From sequence record PQ227241.1: a stretch of 64,000 nt of DNA; one strand, 5' to 3'. The translations under genes and the position numbers were made by a program. The notes below the pieces were generated by a model, which did not search any database, was not told the DNA's origin, and saw only the letters and a program-made list of their open reading frames with translations. Shown piece after piece: positions 1 through 10,925 of this stretch; within the stretch, counting starts at the first letter, position 1, and each line of letters opens with the position of its first letter.

Positions 1-84
1 TTGATTGGATGATAGATGCACTTAAAAGAAAAGAAATGTGACATAAACCCCCTCCTAAATTGGAGGGGGTTATATGCCGTTTTA

Positions 85-807
85 TTAGAAATTACCTTTC
101 TTCATTTTAGAAAGTAATTTTCTACGTTCAGCTCGGTTAATTCCTGGGATAGCTGGTAATAGCATTTTATTACTAAACTTACCTGGCTTGCGGTCATGAT
201 TTAGTAATTGATCAACTACAGCTTGGTCACTGCTTTTAACTCCATTATCCATTTCATCTAATGGGTCCATAATAGCTTTAGCAGTCAATCTTAGATGAGT
301 AACTAGTTCATCAAATGAACTATCGGTATTAATAAGTTGTTTATCAACACCTTCTTTAAGAGCTTGTTTAATAGTTACGTCTTTTACCAGGATATTATCA
401 CATTCCCAAAGAGTTGTATGATGGGTATTTAACATTAATTCAAGTGAGACATTATTGTAATCGTTGTCAGCACTTGAGTGCCAATTGAATTCATCAATAT
501 AGTCATTTAGACTCATTAACTTTGGTGGTTCGTTACTAGAGGTAATTAAACCAATTGGTTGAACATCATCTAGTGAACTTTTATCACTAGTAATTGCAGT
601 TGTTTCAGTAGTAACATCAACTTCTTTTAATTCGTTGGTATAAGTTACATATACTAATTCTTCACTACCGTCATCCAAAAGAACATAGGCTGTTGCTTTG
701 GTGGAATCATCAGGTGCTAATCCATGGATCCTAATACGATTATCATTTACTAATTTACTATAATCATTCCAGGTAATTACGCGGACTTCTTTATTCTCTT
801 TCATCAT
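85..807 (-). CDS. Hypothetical protein (about phiKZ gp52 position)
   Basis: 240-aa ORF ending just before a hairpin terminator; no recognised motif. Confidence 0.6.
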   Translation of the reverse strand: MMKENKEVRVITWNDYSKLVNDNRIRIHGLAPDDSTKATAYVLLDDGSEELVYVTYTNELKEVDVTTETTAITSDKSSLDDVQPIGLITSSNEPPKLMSLNDYIDEFNWHSSADNDYNNVSLELMLNTHHTTLWECDNILVKDVTIKQALKEGVDKQLINTDSSFDELVTHLRLTAKAIMDPLDEMDNGVKSSDQAVVDQLLNHDRKPGKFSNKMLLPAIPGINRAERRKLLSKMKKGNF

Positions 808-967
808 TAGTTACCTCTTTTAATTTGTCTTTAATATAACTTCGGATAAATGCTCGTTTTTCTTCACGAGTTAACCCATGTGGAGCGGTTGGTAATGTGA
901 TAGTACCACTGTTAATTGCCTTCTTCATCCGATCTAAGTCAAAATTAAATTCGGTATGATTTGTCAT
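791..967 (-). CDS. Small hypothetical protein
   Basis: Likely start at MTNHT (967) within the track ORF 791..1000; overlaps the next gene start. Confidence 0.5.
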   Translation of the reverse strand: MTNHTEFNFDLDRMKKAINSGTITLPTAPHGLTREEKRAFIRSYIKDKLKEVTNDERE

Positions 968-1065
968 TATATTGAACCATATTAAGTTAGTAATTGGCAA
1001 TCAGACTATATAAATCTTAATTATTTTTTAGTATATAAGCCTCCCACTAGGGGAGGCTATATTTC

Positions 1066-3261
1066 TTAATAGAAGTCAGAGATGAGTCGATCGTTATTTT
1101 TATCAATAAGGAAAATACCTAGGGACTCTAAGGTTAGATAGAATACACCCATAGTATTTCCAATGATAGTTCTAACGTCAGCAACACGCGTAATAACTTC
1201 TGGAATACGACCAGTTTCTACTACTGTACTCGGGATATGGAAATCACCAATACTGGTTTTATTTTCTTCAGTAACCCATGCTTGAATACGAGCAGCTAAT
1301 TTCTTATCTTCGATACCATCAATCCATTCTTTGATCGCAGTTTTATTATTAAGAGTAACTGAGATCTTTACATGTGAATAAGGTGGATCACCAGCGTCAC
1401 CAAATGACGGAGCAAATACAGTCTTCCACACCAATCCCTTTTTATGAGTTGAGTTATCTTCAGATTTATAAGATTCAGGTCGTTTAGTTTGACCACTTGT
1501 AAGATACTCGGCTTTACCACTTCTAACAGACTCAATAATTTCTCTTTCGATATTACCGGCTTCTTTTAGAATTGAAGCTAAGTCGATTTTCTCTTCAGCC
1601 TTTACCGTCTTAATAATATCTTCCATGAGTTTTTTAGCACGACTATTAATCTTCTTAGGTACTTTACTATCCCTTAGCCCCACGCCTTTAATCTCCATCC
1701 GAGATTCATTAAACATCACCCCTTCTTGGGCATCCTGTGATGCAAAGTAATGTTTAGAACGAGTAGTTAAGGCCAGTACTGCGAAATAAAATTCGTTCTT
1801 CATTGCAAATAGACGAAGCTTATCTTTAGATACACCCATATTAGCGGATTGAATCGCTAAGATATGCATAACTACTTCAGATACTAGAAACACTAGTGCA
1901 AATACTAGTCGTTTAGCTTCATTGCTAAAAGTTACTTTACCAAAGAATTCCTCAACCCACCATTGTAATGTAAACATAGTGGAGTCAGTATCTGAAATAA
2001 CAGCAGCTCGCCTATATACCGTTGGAAAAGCATGAATACTTGATGGTACACATTTAGTCAAGAAGAAAGCTTCAATCAATAGACGATATTCATTAAGAGT
2101 TTCAGCGATATTTCGACCAGTTGCAAAAATTTGATTCAGTGTATCTGGATCAGATTCTTTTAGTTTAGCTTTAGATCGACCTTTAACAGTATCAAAGCAA
2201 ATAAAGCTAGCCAAAAGATCCATATCACCATCATAAGTTGAATATTCTTCTTCAGTGATGATTTGTTCTTTTGTTCCAACCTGGCTTAATTTAATTAGAA
2301 AGCTCTTGATTAATTCTTTATTGTATTTATATAAGTGATATAGATCACCTACATACATAACTGCTGCTCGTTCGACTGGTGTCATCCCAGTAGCTAGTTT
2401 TAAAATCTGTGCCGTGTAATACTTATTTTGCCAATAGTGTTTAGTTGAATAAAGAACCATATCAACTACTTCTTCTGGCGTTGGGCAATGTAGATTAAAA
2501 TTAGTTACTGCTTTTTGAATTAACTCCATATCAGCTACATTAATAATATTTACTAAATTAGCTTTTGTGATTTCCGGAGTATAATAATGCCTATTACCCA
2601 TAATGAATTTTTCATTATTTGAGTTAGCATAAGAGGTACCAGTTCTACAAGTAGATGTTAAACTAGAGTGTGTGGACTTATAATAAAGAATAGTGGCAGC
2701 AGATACCGTACCTCCTGAATATGAGTTATTGTTAATTTTGAAGTTTTCTTGTTCACCTTTACGTACTTGTGCAAGTTCTGTTTTAATTTGTGAATTCTCT
2801 TTATCGCCGGCCTGTAGGAAAGCAGCTGCTTCACGTTCAGCCTGCATCTGCTCACCTTTAACACGCTTACGGTTTTTCACACCTTCAGCAATATAGATGG
2901 AGTGCGTCGACTGTCTAACAGACTCTGGTAAATATGCGGTCATTGATGGAGATAATAATAGATTCTGTTTCTTAACACGGTTAAGGAAAGCCATAAATGA
3001 AACAGTCTTTAATTCCCTATCACCAAACTTATTTTTATCTAGGATAGTTGCTACTGGGTTACGAAGTGCATATTCGCCATTTTGACGTAATTGTTCTTTA
3101 ACAAATTCTTTACATTCTTCTAAACTAATATTTAATTCATCTTTTGTCATTAATTGAAGATATTTGGCATTATCATCAAGACATGCATTAATGATATCAA
3201 TATCACGATGGTAATCATTGACATCTTTTAAAAACGGATTTGGTTGGGCAAATGCGGTCAT
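1066..3261 (-). CDS. Family B DNA polymerase, split subunit (phiKZ gp50-like)
   Basis: Motif B-like KINNNSYSG and motif C-like ISDTDS are present; no exonuclease motifs seen; matches the known split polymerase of phiKZ-like phages. Confidence 0.85.
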   Translation of the reverse strand: MTAFAQPNPFLKDVNDYHRDIDIINACLDDNAKYLQLMTKDELNISLEECKEFVKEQLRQNGEYALRNPVATILDKNKFGDRELKTVSFMAFLNRVKKQNLLLSPSMTAYLPESVRQSTHSIYIAEGVKNRKRVKGEQMQAEREAAAFLQAGDKENSQIKTELAQVRKGEQENFKINNNSYSGGTVSAATILYYKSTHSSLTSTCRTGTSYANSNNEKFIMGNRHYYTPEITKANLVNIINVADMELIQKAVTNFNLHCPTPEEVVDMVLYSTKHYWQNKYYTAQILKLATGMTPVERAAVMYVGDLYHLYKYNKELIKSFLIKLSQVGTKEQIITEEEYSTYDGDMDLLASFICFDTVKGRSKAKLKESDPDTLNQIFATGRNIAETLNEYRLLIEAFFLTKCVPSSIHAFPTVYRRAAVISDTDSTMFTLQWWVEEFFGKVTFSNEAKRLVFALVFLVSEVVMHILAIQSANMGVSKDKLRLFAMKNEFYFAVLALTTRSKHYFASQDAQEGVMFNESRMEIKGVGLRDSKVPKKINSRAKKLMEDIIKTVKAEEKIDLASILKEAGNIEREIIESVRSGKAEYLTSGQTKRPESYKSEDNSTHKKGLVWKTVFAPSFGDAGDPPYSHVKISVTLNNKTAIKEWIDGIEDKKLAARIQAWVTEENKTSIGDFHIPSTVVETGRIPEVITRVADVRTIIGNTMGVFYLTLESLGIFLIDKNNDRLISDFY

Positions 3262-3461
3262 TTCACATATCTCTCAGTATACTTATTTTTAATTATAGTG
3301 AATGATTTCTCTCTCTTTAACTAAAAAAGAAAAGGAAAGAATGGGTACCCTATACGGGCACCCTAAATTGAGAGGTAGCACATCAACTTACATTCACATT
3401 AGATGATGTAAGCAAGTAAAAATAATACAACATAAAAGGAGCCATTATGGCTCCTTTATAG

Positions 3462-3887
<426 letters not shown>

Positions 3888-3912
3888 CTAAAATAGTTGG
3901 TTACATAGGGTA

Positions 3913-4296
3913 TTACTCATCTAGTAATACAACTACACCAAACAGACCTTTTGTATCCATTGGCACTGTAATTAATACATGTCCATTTGGATATTTTTCT
4001 TTAAAGCTATTGATAAAGTCGGTACAATATTCAATAACATATCCTTTAGTAGAATAATTCTCTAACTCAATATCTTCGTCAGGATCATCAAATGAGTCAT
4101 GTCCATACATCAGCATATGGATATATATGTCATTATTAAGCGTATCCATATAACTTAACTTACGTGATTCTTCAAATAAATCAAGTGGTGTTGGACAATC
4201 TGGATATATCATTCGTTTTGTATATTCACGAAGCAAATGTTGCGAATATATTTCTGACTCTTTAGATTTAAATACGATAAATACTCGTTTTTCCAT
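3913..4296 (-). CDS. Hypothetical protein (polymerase-adjacent conserved block)
   Basis: 127-aa ORF in a co-oriented tight operon. Confidence 0.6.
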   Translation of the reverse strand: MEKRVFIVFKSKESEIYSQHLLREYTKRMIYPDCPTPLDLFEESRKLSYMDTLNNDIYIHMLMYGHDSFDDPDEDIELENYSTKGYVIEYCTDFINSFKEKYPNGHVLITVPMDTKGLFGVVVLLDE

Positions 4297-4368
4297 ATCG
4301 GTTCCTAGTAGGAAGCCTATGTGAACCGATAGGCTTTCCTATTTACGTCAATTGTTAATATGTGTCAC

Positions 4369-4905
4369 TTAATCCACATCATTGTAGCAGTCCATACCAA
4401 AGTCTTCACCTTCTAGAATATAACCTTGATTATGTTGATCAACTGCTATTGATTGGATTCTTTCTACACCATATCCATTCTGATAAAGATACGCTATTTC
4501 AGATTGTAGTTTACTAGCCAGTGTTTTACACACAGCTGCAAACCACATATTAAGAATACTCAATGCATATTTATCTTGCATAATCACAGGCGCTACTGAT
4601 GGAAAGTATTCTTGTAAATAATAGTCAACCCCTATAATTGGTTGAGTAGGCTGTTGTGCTAGAAATTCAATATATGCATTAATCGCCTGATACCATAACT
4701 GTTCTATAGATTGGTGTTCAGTATATGGGTAAGGAGTATTGTAAGACTTATTGACAACTACATCAGCCATTTTATTAACAATGGGCCAGATATCACTGAT
4801 GTTAATAACTACGAAACTCGTCATTCCTTGTTGGCCTGGAGTTATGTTATTAGCATCATTTATCCGCTGCATTTCTTGTTGTCTATAAAGAAGTGGATGC
4901 ATCAT
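4369..4905 (-). CDS. Hypothetical protein (polymerase-adjacent conserved block)
   Basis: 178-aa ORF, overlaps the upstream stop by 4 nt. Confidence 0.6.
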   Translation of the reverse strand: MMHPLLYRQQEMQRINDANNITPGQQGMTSFVVINISDIWPIVNKMADVVVNKSYNTPYPYTEHQSIEQLWYQAINAYIEFLAQQPTQPIIGVDYYLQEYFPSVAPVIMQDKYALSILNMWFAAVCKTLASKLQSEIAYLYQNGYGVERIQSIAVDQHNQGYILEGEDFGMDCYNDVD

Positions 4906-5336
4906 GTTTGAGACCTCATAACTAATTTAGTTACCATCTTATATTTATCTACTTCTATACATTTAAGACTAGTAATAAGATTACCTGCTTGAATAACTTG
5001 TTTTTGGATTATCTCTAAGAAATCAGTTCCAAATAAATCCAATACCCTTTCGATAATCTCAGCAGATCTTAAGTGCCAATTGATAGTATTAGGATTTCCC
5101 TGATGATCAAATACCATCATGCTCATCGGTCTATCTGGTTCTATATAGGTATCGCTTAAGTAATCTTCTAACCATTGCTCTAAAAAGGTAGGCCAATCTA
5201 ATCTCTGCCAGTGGTTAAAGTATTCTACATATGCTGCTAGAAGTCTATTGATACACCACAGTACAAAGTCAGTCGGTTCATCTACACCTAGCTCTTCCGT
5301 AAAAGAACGCGGTTTCAAAATTAGCAACAATTGCAT
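4902..5336 (-). CDS. Hypothetical protein
   Basis: 144-aa ORF in the operon. Confidence 0.6.
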   Translation of the reverse strand: MQLLLILKPRSFTEELGVDEPTDFVLWCINRLLAAYVEYFNHWQRLDWPTFLEQWLEDYLSDTYIEPDRPMSMMVFDHQGNPNTINWHLRSAEIIERVLDLFGTDFLEIIQKQVIQAGNLITSLKCIEVDKYKMVTKLVMRSQT

Positions 5337-5718
5337 ATTGACTCCACTCTTTACCAGTGACTATAGTTAATAGAACAACTTTGTTATCTATTACACTAAT
5401 GAACTTATAGTCTATTAAATTCTTCGGTGTTCTATGTAGTAATTGGATTCCAGTTGTATAGAACAAATTAATGAACTCATCCCAATCTGGACCATTTCCT
5501 AGTTGTATTGATATATCCACAAAAGGAATAACCGTATTATCCTGTTGTAATTTAGACATCATCTTAACAACCCATTGAGTTAATAAGACGATGACTGTAG
5601 CTTCATCTTTATTTGTTAGGTAAGTAAATTTCTTTATCAATGTGATTAATTGTGGGAATACCACTTCGATTGGCAATACATATACCAGACGTTGTACTTC
5701 CTCCGATGTACAATCCAT
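5278..5718 (-). CDS. Hypothetical protein
   Basis: Likely start at MDCTSEEV (5718) within the track ORF 5278..5793. Confidence 0.5.
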   Translation of the reverse strand: MDCTSEEVQRLVYVLPIEVVFPQLITLIKKFTYLTNKDEATVIVLLTQWVVKMMSKLQQDNTVIPFVDISIQLGNGPDWDEFINLFYTTGIQLLHRTPKNLIDYKFISVIDNKVVLLTIVTGKEWSQYAIVANFETAFFYGRARCR

Positions 5719-6061
5719 CTCGTGCTTCTGTTTCATACCACAGTTCCTTAGTATTTGTTGGAATGAGGTGCATGATCTGCTCAGCACCCTCATCGAGAAG
5801 TTCTATTAGTTTATGCATGAAATGAATGTCTTTAGCATATTCATAGAACATTTCTTCTTTAACGACCATTTGCATAAGCTTCTGTTCTGCCAATGCAACA
5901 AGCAAATGCATTGCTTCGATATAACTAATATCTAAAAAGTCCAATACAAATCTTAGATAGTTATCATCTTTAATAAGTTTACTTTTAGTCGCTCTTAGTA
6001 AAAAACGAGGTTGTGGTGTGGGTAATGGTGACGTATAGATCTTCTGGTTTCTCAGTATCAT
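5609..6061 (-). CDS. Hypothetical protein
   Basis: 150-aa ORF in the operon. Confidence 0.55.
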   Translation of the reverse strand: MILRNQKIYTSPLPTPQPRFLLRATKSKLIKDDNYLRFVLDFLDISYIEAMHLLVALAEQKLMQMVVKEEMFYEYAKDIHFMHKLIELLDEGAEQIMHLIPTNTKELWYETEARDGLYIGGSTTSGICIANRSGIPTINHIDKEIYLPNK

Positions 6062-6374
6062 AAATAACCCTATTTAACTGGATGTTACCAGCTGATGGTA
6101 GAACTACCCGGTTAGAACAATTATACAGATAAGTTGTTAAATCAATATCACAAATATCCCTATAACCCAGCATCTGATTAATTAGTTCTATGACATCATT
6201 AGATGTGCTACCCGATGCCCTCTCAGACGCTGCTGCCAATACAATTGTTAATGCATATTCTGCACCAATACTATTTTTTATAGATTTCCAAATATCAGAA
6301 TGTTGATCTTGTACAAAAGATCTTACTTCCATTCTGATACACATTGATGTGTCTTTATCATTAGATATGTTCAT
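5985..6374 (-). CDS. Hypothetical protein
   Basis: 129-aa ORF following a terminator hairpin. Confidence 0.55.
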   Translation of the reverse strand: MNISNDKDTSMCIRMEVRSFVQDQHSDIWKSIKNSIGAEYALTIVLAAASERASGSTSNDVIELINQMLGYRDICDIDLTTYLYNCSNRVVLPSAGNIQLNRVIYDTEKPEDLYVTITHTTTSFFTKSD

Positions 6375-6423
6375 TATAAAAACCTTATAATCGGTATAAA
6401 GCCCCCCATAAGGAGGGCTTTAT

Positions 6424-7497
6424 TTAGTATAGATTATTTTCTAAAATGTATCGCTCAGCTTGCGCTCGCTGATCATCAGGTAAATAATCACCACGTTGAT
6501 ATTCAAATACTAATTTCTCAATAGGATAAGTTGCATTCTTATTCTTGTATACAGAAATTACATAGCTATGATACTCTAGTTCATACTTAACGTCATGCTC
6601 AATTCTGGTTGAAAAATATGCCATGTTAATAGAACTAACTAGAGGGCTAATATATTTCTCTTCAAATAGTAATAAATTATCAAGTCCTAAACTTGCAAAG
6701 AAATCATGGTTAACCTTAGGTATTAGATAAGATACTTTAATATTACTATATTGTTTAACAATTACACCAATAAGTAATGCAGTTAACTGTTCTTGAATAT
6801 ATTCTACTGCGATGTTATATGCATGGTTAGTGGTGATGTGGTCTTTATTTAAAGTATAGCTACCACCATTAGCAAGAGATAGCTGAGTTTTACGCCTAGA
6901 TTCGTAGATACTATAACCTAGTGTTTGTAAATTAATTCTGTCAAAGCCATGGAAGAATGTACGGAGAAATTCACTAAATAAATAGTTTAATGGGTTCAGT
7001 AGGTTAAGTGATACCACTGCATGATCATCACCATTATCAATCCCATGGACACGATCATATTCCGCGATACGATAATCTTTGCCACTGATTAAAGTTATAA
7101 CTGAACCAGCTTTAACTACATCCCATTGGATCCATGTACCGCTATCGATATATTTAGCTACTTGTTTATAGATATCTAGATAGATAGTTTCTAGATAAGG
7201 TAGTTTCATTAGATTTTCTACCCAAGCAACTTTATTACTATCTACGTCAGTTACAGCACAATTAAAAATAGCTGCTGCCATCTTAAGATTGGTGTACTGG
7301 TCTTTGGCTGTTTTATATGAAACTAAACTCTCTACTATATTTTCAACCATTAGATGTAAAAACTGTTGAGCCACATCTTTACTCAATTTCACCCCAATCG
7401 CTTCATCAATTGAAGCTGAAGCTGTAAGCTGACCTAGTAAATCGTATATTGCTTTTTCTTGGTGGCGCGTATCAAGTACAATGAGCTTATTCGACAT
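6424..7497 (-). CDS. Hypothetical protein, apparent two-domain internal repeat
   Basis: 357 aa; two halves each start with a hydrophobic beta-strand and end in a beta-hairpin-like segment. Confidence 0.65.
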   Translation of the reverse strand: MSNKLIVLDTRHQEKAIYDLLGQLTASASIDEAIGVKLSKDVAQQFLHLMVENIVESLVSYKTAKDQYTNLKMAAAIFNCAVTDVDSNKVAWVENLMKLPYLETIYLDIYKQVAKYIDSGTWIQWDVVKAGSVITLISGKDYRIAEYDRVHGIDNGDDHAVVSLNLLNPLNYLFSEFLRTFFHGFDRINLQTLGYSIYESRRKTQLSLANGGSYTLNKDHITTNHAYNIAVEYIQEQLTALLIGVIVKQYSNIKVSYLIPKVNHDFFASLGLDNLLLFEEKYISPLVSSINMAYFSTRIEHDVKYELEYHSYVISVYKNKNATYPIEKLVFEYQRGDYLPDDQRAQAERYILENNLY

Positions 7498-7510
7498 TAT
7501 ATTTCTCCAA

Positions 7511-7939
7511 TTAATTTTTTGGAATAGCGATCCAAACTGTGTTCTTTAACCGATAAAATATTACAAACTTACCTGCATTTACTCTAGGTATAATTTTTAA
7601 TATATCCCAAAGATCAGATGCGGCCTCATGATTATCATGAAACCATTGGATTTCTTGAGGGGTGTTATTTATTGGATTATATCCAGTAGTATACATGAAT
7701 TCAAAAGAGTCAATAGAATATTTAAAGAAGTCATCAATTAAGCTGTCCTCTACTGATTTAAATATATGCTCTAATGTACCATAGTCATCTGGATGTATTC
7801 CAAAGCTTTGGCACCTAATTGCTAAACGAGCATTTATTAGCTCTTTTGGCGATCTTGGTACTAACTTGGCTATCACCCTCGTTACATCTATTACATACAG
7901 GTCAGCTACTTGGGGAGTAGTCACAGTACAATCTCTCAT
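7511..7939 (-). CDS. Hypothetical protein
   Basis: 142-aa ORF, first gene after an early-promoter-like motif at 7955-7962. Confidence 0.6.
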   Translation of the reverse strand: MRDCTVTTPQVADLYVIDVTRVIAKLVPRSPKELINARLAIRCQSFGIHPDDYGTLEHIFKSVEDSLIDDFFKYSIDSFEFMYTTGYNPINNTPQEIQWFHDNHEAASDLWDILKIIPRVNAGKFVIFYRLKNTVWIAIPKN

Positions 7940-8066
7940 TAAATGTTCAGGAACATGATATAGATCTAAAAATATTTTTAGTCAAATCTGTTCGTGGTAA
8001 GCCGATGTATATTATACCTTAGTTGGGTATTATCTCCATCGAAAAAACGCGTACAGCGCATTATAG

Positions 8067-8876
<810 letters not shown>

Positions 8877-8901
8877 AAAAAAATAAAAAAAAAGACATAA
8901 T

Positions 8902-8922
8902 GCCCTCCCATTGCGGGAGGGC
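8902..8922. terminator. Bidirectional intrinsic terminator
   Basis: GCCCTCCC-ATTGC-GGGAGGGC between convergent genes; exact reverse complement of 18601-18621. Confidence 0.85.
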
Positions 8923-8985
8923 TTATGCCATTAAGATAATATCTAAATAACACTATATTTAAAAACATACTGGTATAACCCATCA

Positions 8986-9213
8986 TCAATTAATACTGTT
9001 GAGAATCTTTTTGATGAGATCACCAGGTGCAATACCAATACCTGAACAATACCGTCTAAAGTTATTACACGGTTGACATGCTTTCTTTTCAACGATATTT
9101 AATTCAAAGCAAATATTGCCACGTGAATCTAGAATGGATATAAATGCTTTGTTACCTGTTACGCGATATGTCTTACCGAATACAACAGTTGTTTTATATG
9201 CAAGGCTATTCAT
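8986..9213 (-). CDS. Hypothetical protein
   Basis: Likely start at MNSLAY after AAAGGA, within the track ORF 8986..9291. Confidence 0.5.
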   Translation of the reverse strand: MNSLAYKTTVVFGKTYRVTGNKAFISILDSRGNICFELNIVEKKACQPCNNFRRYCSGIGIAPGDLIKKILNSIN

Positions 9214-9280
9214 GATTATTCCTTTAACATGGATTATTATCATGTTTGTAATATAGCCTTTAAATGTATTTAAATATTTA

Positions 9281-9568
9281 TTAAACCCCATAGCGATGAG
9301 CTATATATGTTTTTAATACCTCATATGCCTTATCAGTTGCCATGGAACTATTGACAAAATCAGAATGATCAATCTTAATAATCTTACCGAATGAATCATA
9401 ATCGATAGTTGTAACTGCTATTCGATCACTATCACGGATCAATAGTTTATTTTTATTTAAAACAAAAATATTCCATTTCTCGCCATCGGCTAAAATAACA
9501 TCCTCATCTTTAAGATTAAGACGAACAAACTGTTTTACATAAATACTTAACTGAGCAACTGTTGACAT
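9281..9568 (-). CDS. Hypothetical protein
   Basis: 95-aa ORF in the operon downstream of PhuZ. Confidence 0.55.
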   Translation of the reverse strand: MSTVAQLSIYVKQFVRLNLKDEDVILADGEKWNIFVLNKNKLLIRDSDRIAVTTIDYDSFGKIIKIDHSDFVNSSMATDKAYEVLKTYIAHRYGV

Positions 9569-9879
9569 AATGATTTCTCGATATCTGTTAATGAAATAAT
9601 CATATCTTGGACATTGATGGTAATAACATTTTTATAAGTTAAATAAGTTGGATATGAACCCATAAATGTAATAGTCCCACAGATATGATTTTTATATCTA
9701 ATATCAACACATCCGTCATATCTCCAGATAAAATCAAATGATCCTTTAGTGTGGTGTTCAAGTGAAAGAATAGAACCACTAACTAATTTAGGATATTGTT
9801 CAAATTCAGACATTACATAATCTGCCAGTTCCTTAACCTCAGGATAATCAATCAATAATAGCATATACGTAAATCTCAA
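9547..9879 (-). CDS. Hypothetical protein
   Basis: 110-aa ORF. Confidence 0.55.
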   Translation of the reverse strand: MRFTYMLLLIDYPEVKELADYVMSEFEQYPKLVSGSILSLEHHTKGSFDFIWRYDGCVDIRYKNHICGTITFMGSYPTYLTYKNVITINVQDMIISLTDIEKSLCQQLLS

Positions 9880-10349
9880 TTAGTTAATATAACACCCCAT
9901 CCAGGGTGGACTCTTTCGAAAAATGGTAATGTATTATTTCGTATACTGTCTGCATCAATATTTGGAATGTGGATGGTACAACAGTGGGGGTTACTGTCAA
10001 TCTTGAAATAGAAATTATCTTTTAAATCTTCAACCTTGGATGTTTGTAATGGATATAAAATACCATTCCCCCAAACATACCAACGTCTATACAGCTTATC
10101 GTTTAACCGCTTCTCAATAACCGAATGCGATTTGAAACGAGGAACTCGCAAACGCATCCCGTTTACTTCAGCCCATTTGTCTACCCGATCATAGCTAATA
10201 ATTCCATCCTTAACCATTACAAAGATAAATCCCTCAACTATGTTGGGGAGACGAACTACGTGTTTCAGAACCATAGTAAACGGAGATAACGTCAGATCAA
10301 GTTCAGCTGCCATTTGCTCGTCGAGCTTTTTAGCAGTGTTCTTTGCCAT
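9876..10349 (-). CDS. Hypothetical protein
   Basis: 157-aa ORF with AGGAG RBS. Confidence 0.65.
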   Translation of the reverse strand: MAKNTAKKLDEQMAAELDLTLSPFTMVLKHVVRLPNIVEGFIFVMVKDGIISYDRVDKWAEVNGMRLRVPRFKSHSVIEKRLNDKLYRRWYVWGNGILYPLQTSKVEDLKDNFYFKIDSNPHCCTIHIPNIDADSIRNNTLPFFERVHPGWGVILTN

Positions 10350-10388
10350 CGGTTATCTCCTAATATACAGATTATTAATTATCGCTAG

Positions 10389-10871
10389 TTATTTAATATC
10401 TGCAAAATTCTGATTTACTTTACCCATAAAAATACCATCGGCTCTATCGTCATAATAAAGCTTCCCTGCTTTAGCATTACATAAAACTCCATAAATGTGA
10501 CCATTGTAACCATCAAAATTAAATAAAGATGGATTATGCGGTACATGAATGAATCCCATTTTATCGCACAGAAACTTAGCTACAGCAGCCGATCGGCTAA
10601 TACCTGCCTCACAGTGTACGAATAGGTGTTGACCCTTACCAAGAGCTTCACAGAAGGAAATAATACGTTGTGCATGCCGATGATCAAATAGATCATAAGA
10701 AGAATCAACATAATCCTCAATGTCATCAACATTGATACGTAAATAATTAAGATGTTTTGCTGAATAAAGTGGGACTCTACCTTTCTCCAGTAGACAGATC
10801 ATATTTCTAGGGGAATAAAATGATTCAGCTACATGCAAAGGAATATAAGTAACTGTATTTACTGGTTTCAT
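10389..10871 (-). CDS. Cys-dependent (dual-specificity/tyrosine) phosphatase-like protein
   Basis: CX5R signature VHCEAGISRS. Confidence 0.8.
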   Translation of the reverse strand: MKPVNTVTYIPLHVAESFYSPRNMICLLEKGRVPLYSAKHLNYLRINVDDIEDYVDSSYDLFDHRHAQRIISFCEALGKGQHLFVHCEAGISRSAAVAKFLCDKMGFIHVPHNPSLFNFDGYNGHIYGVLCNAKAGKLYYDDRADGIFMGKVNQNFADIK

Positions 10872-10925
10872 ATTACACCTCGTTACAAAAAAAATAAAAG
10901 GAGCCCCGAAGGGCTCCAGTATAAG

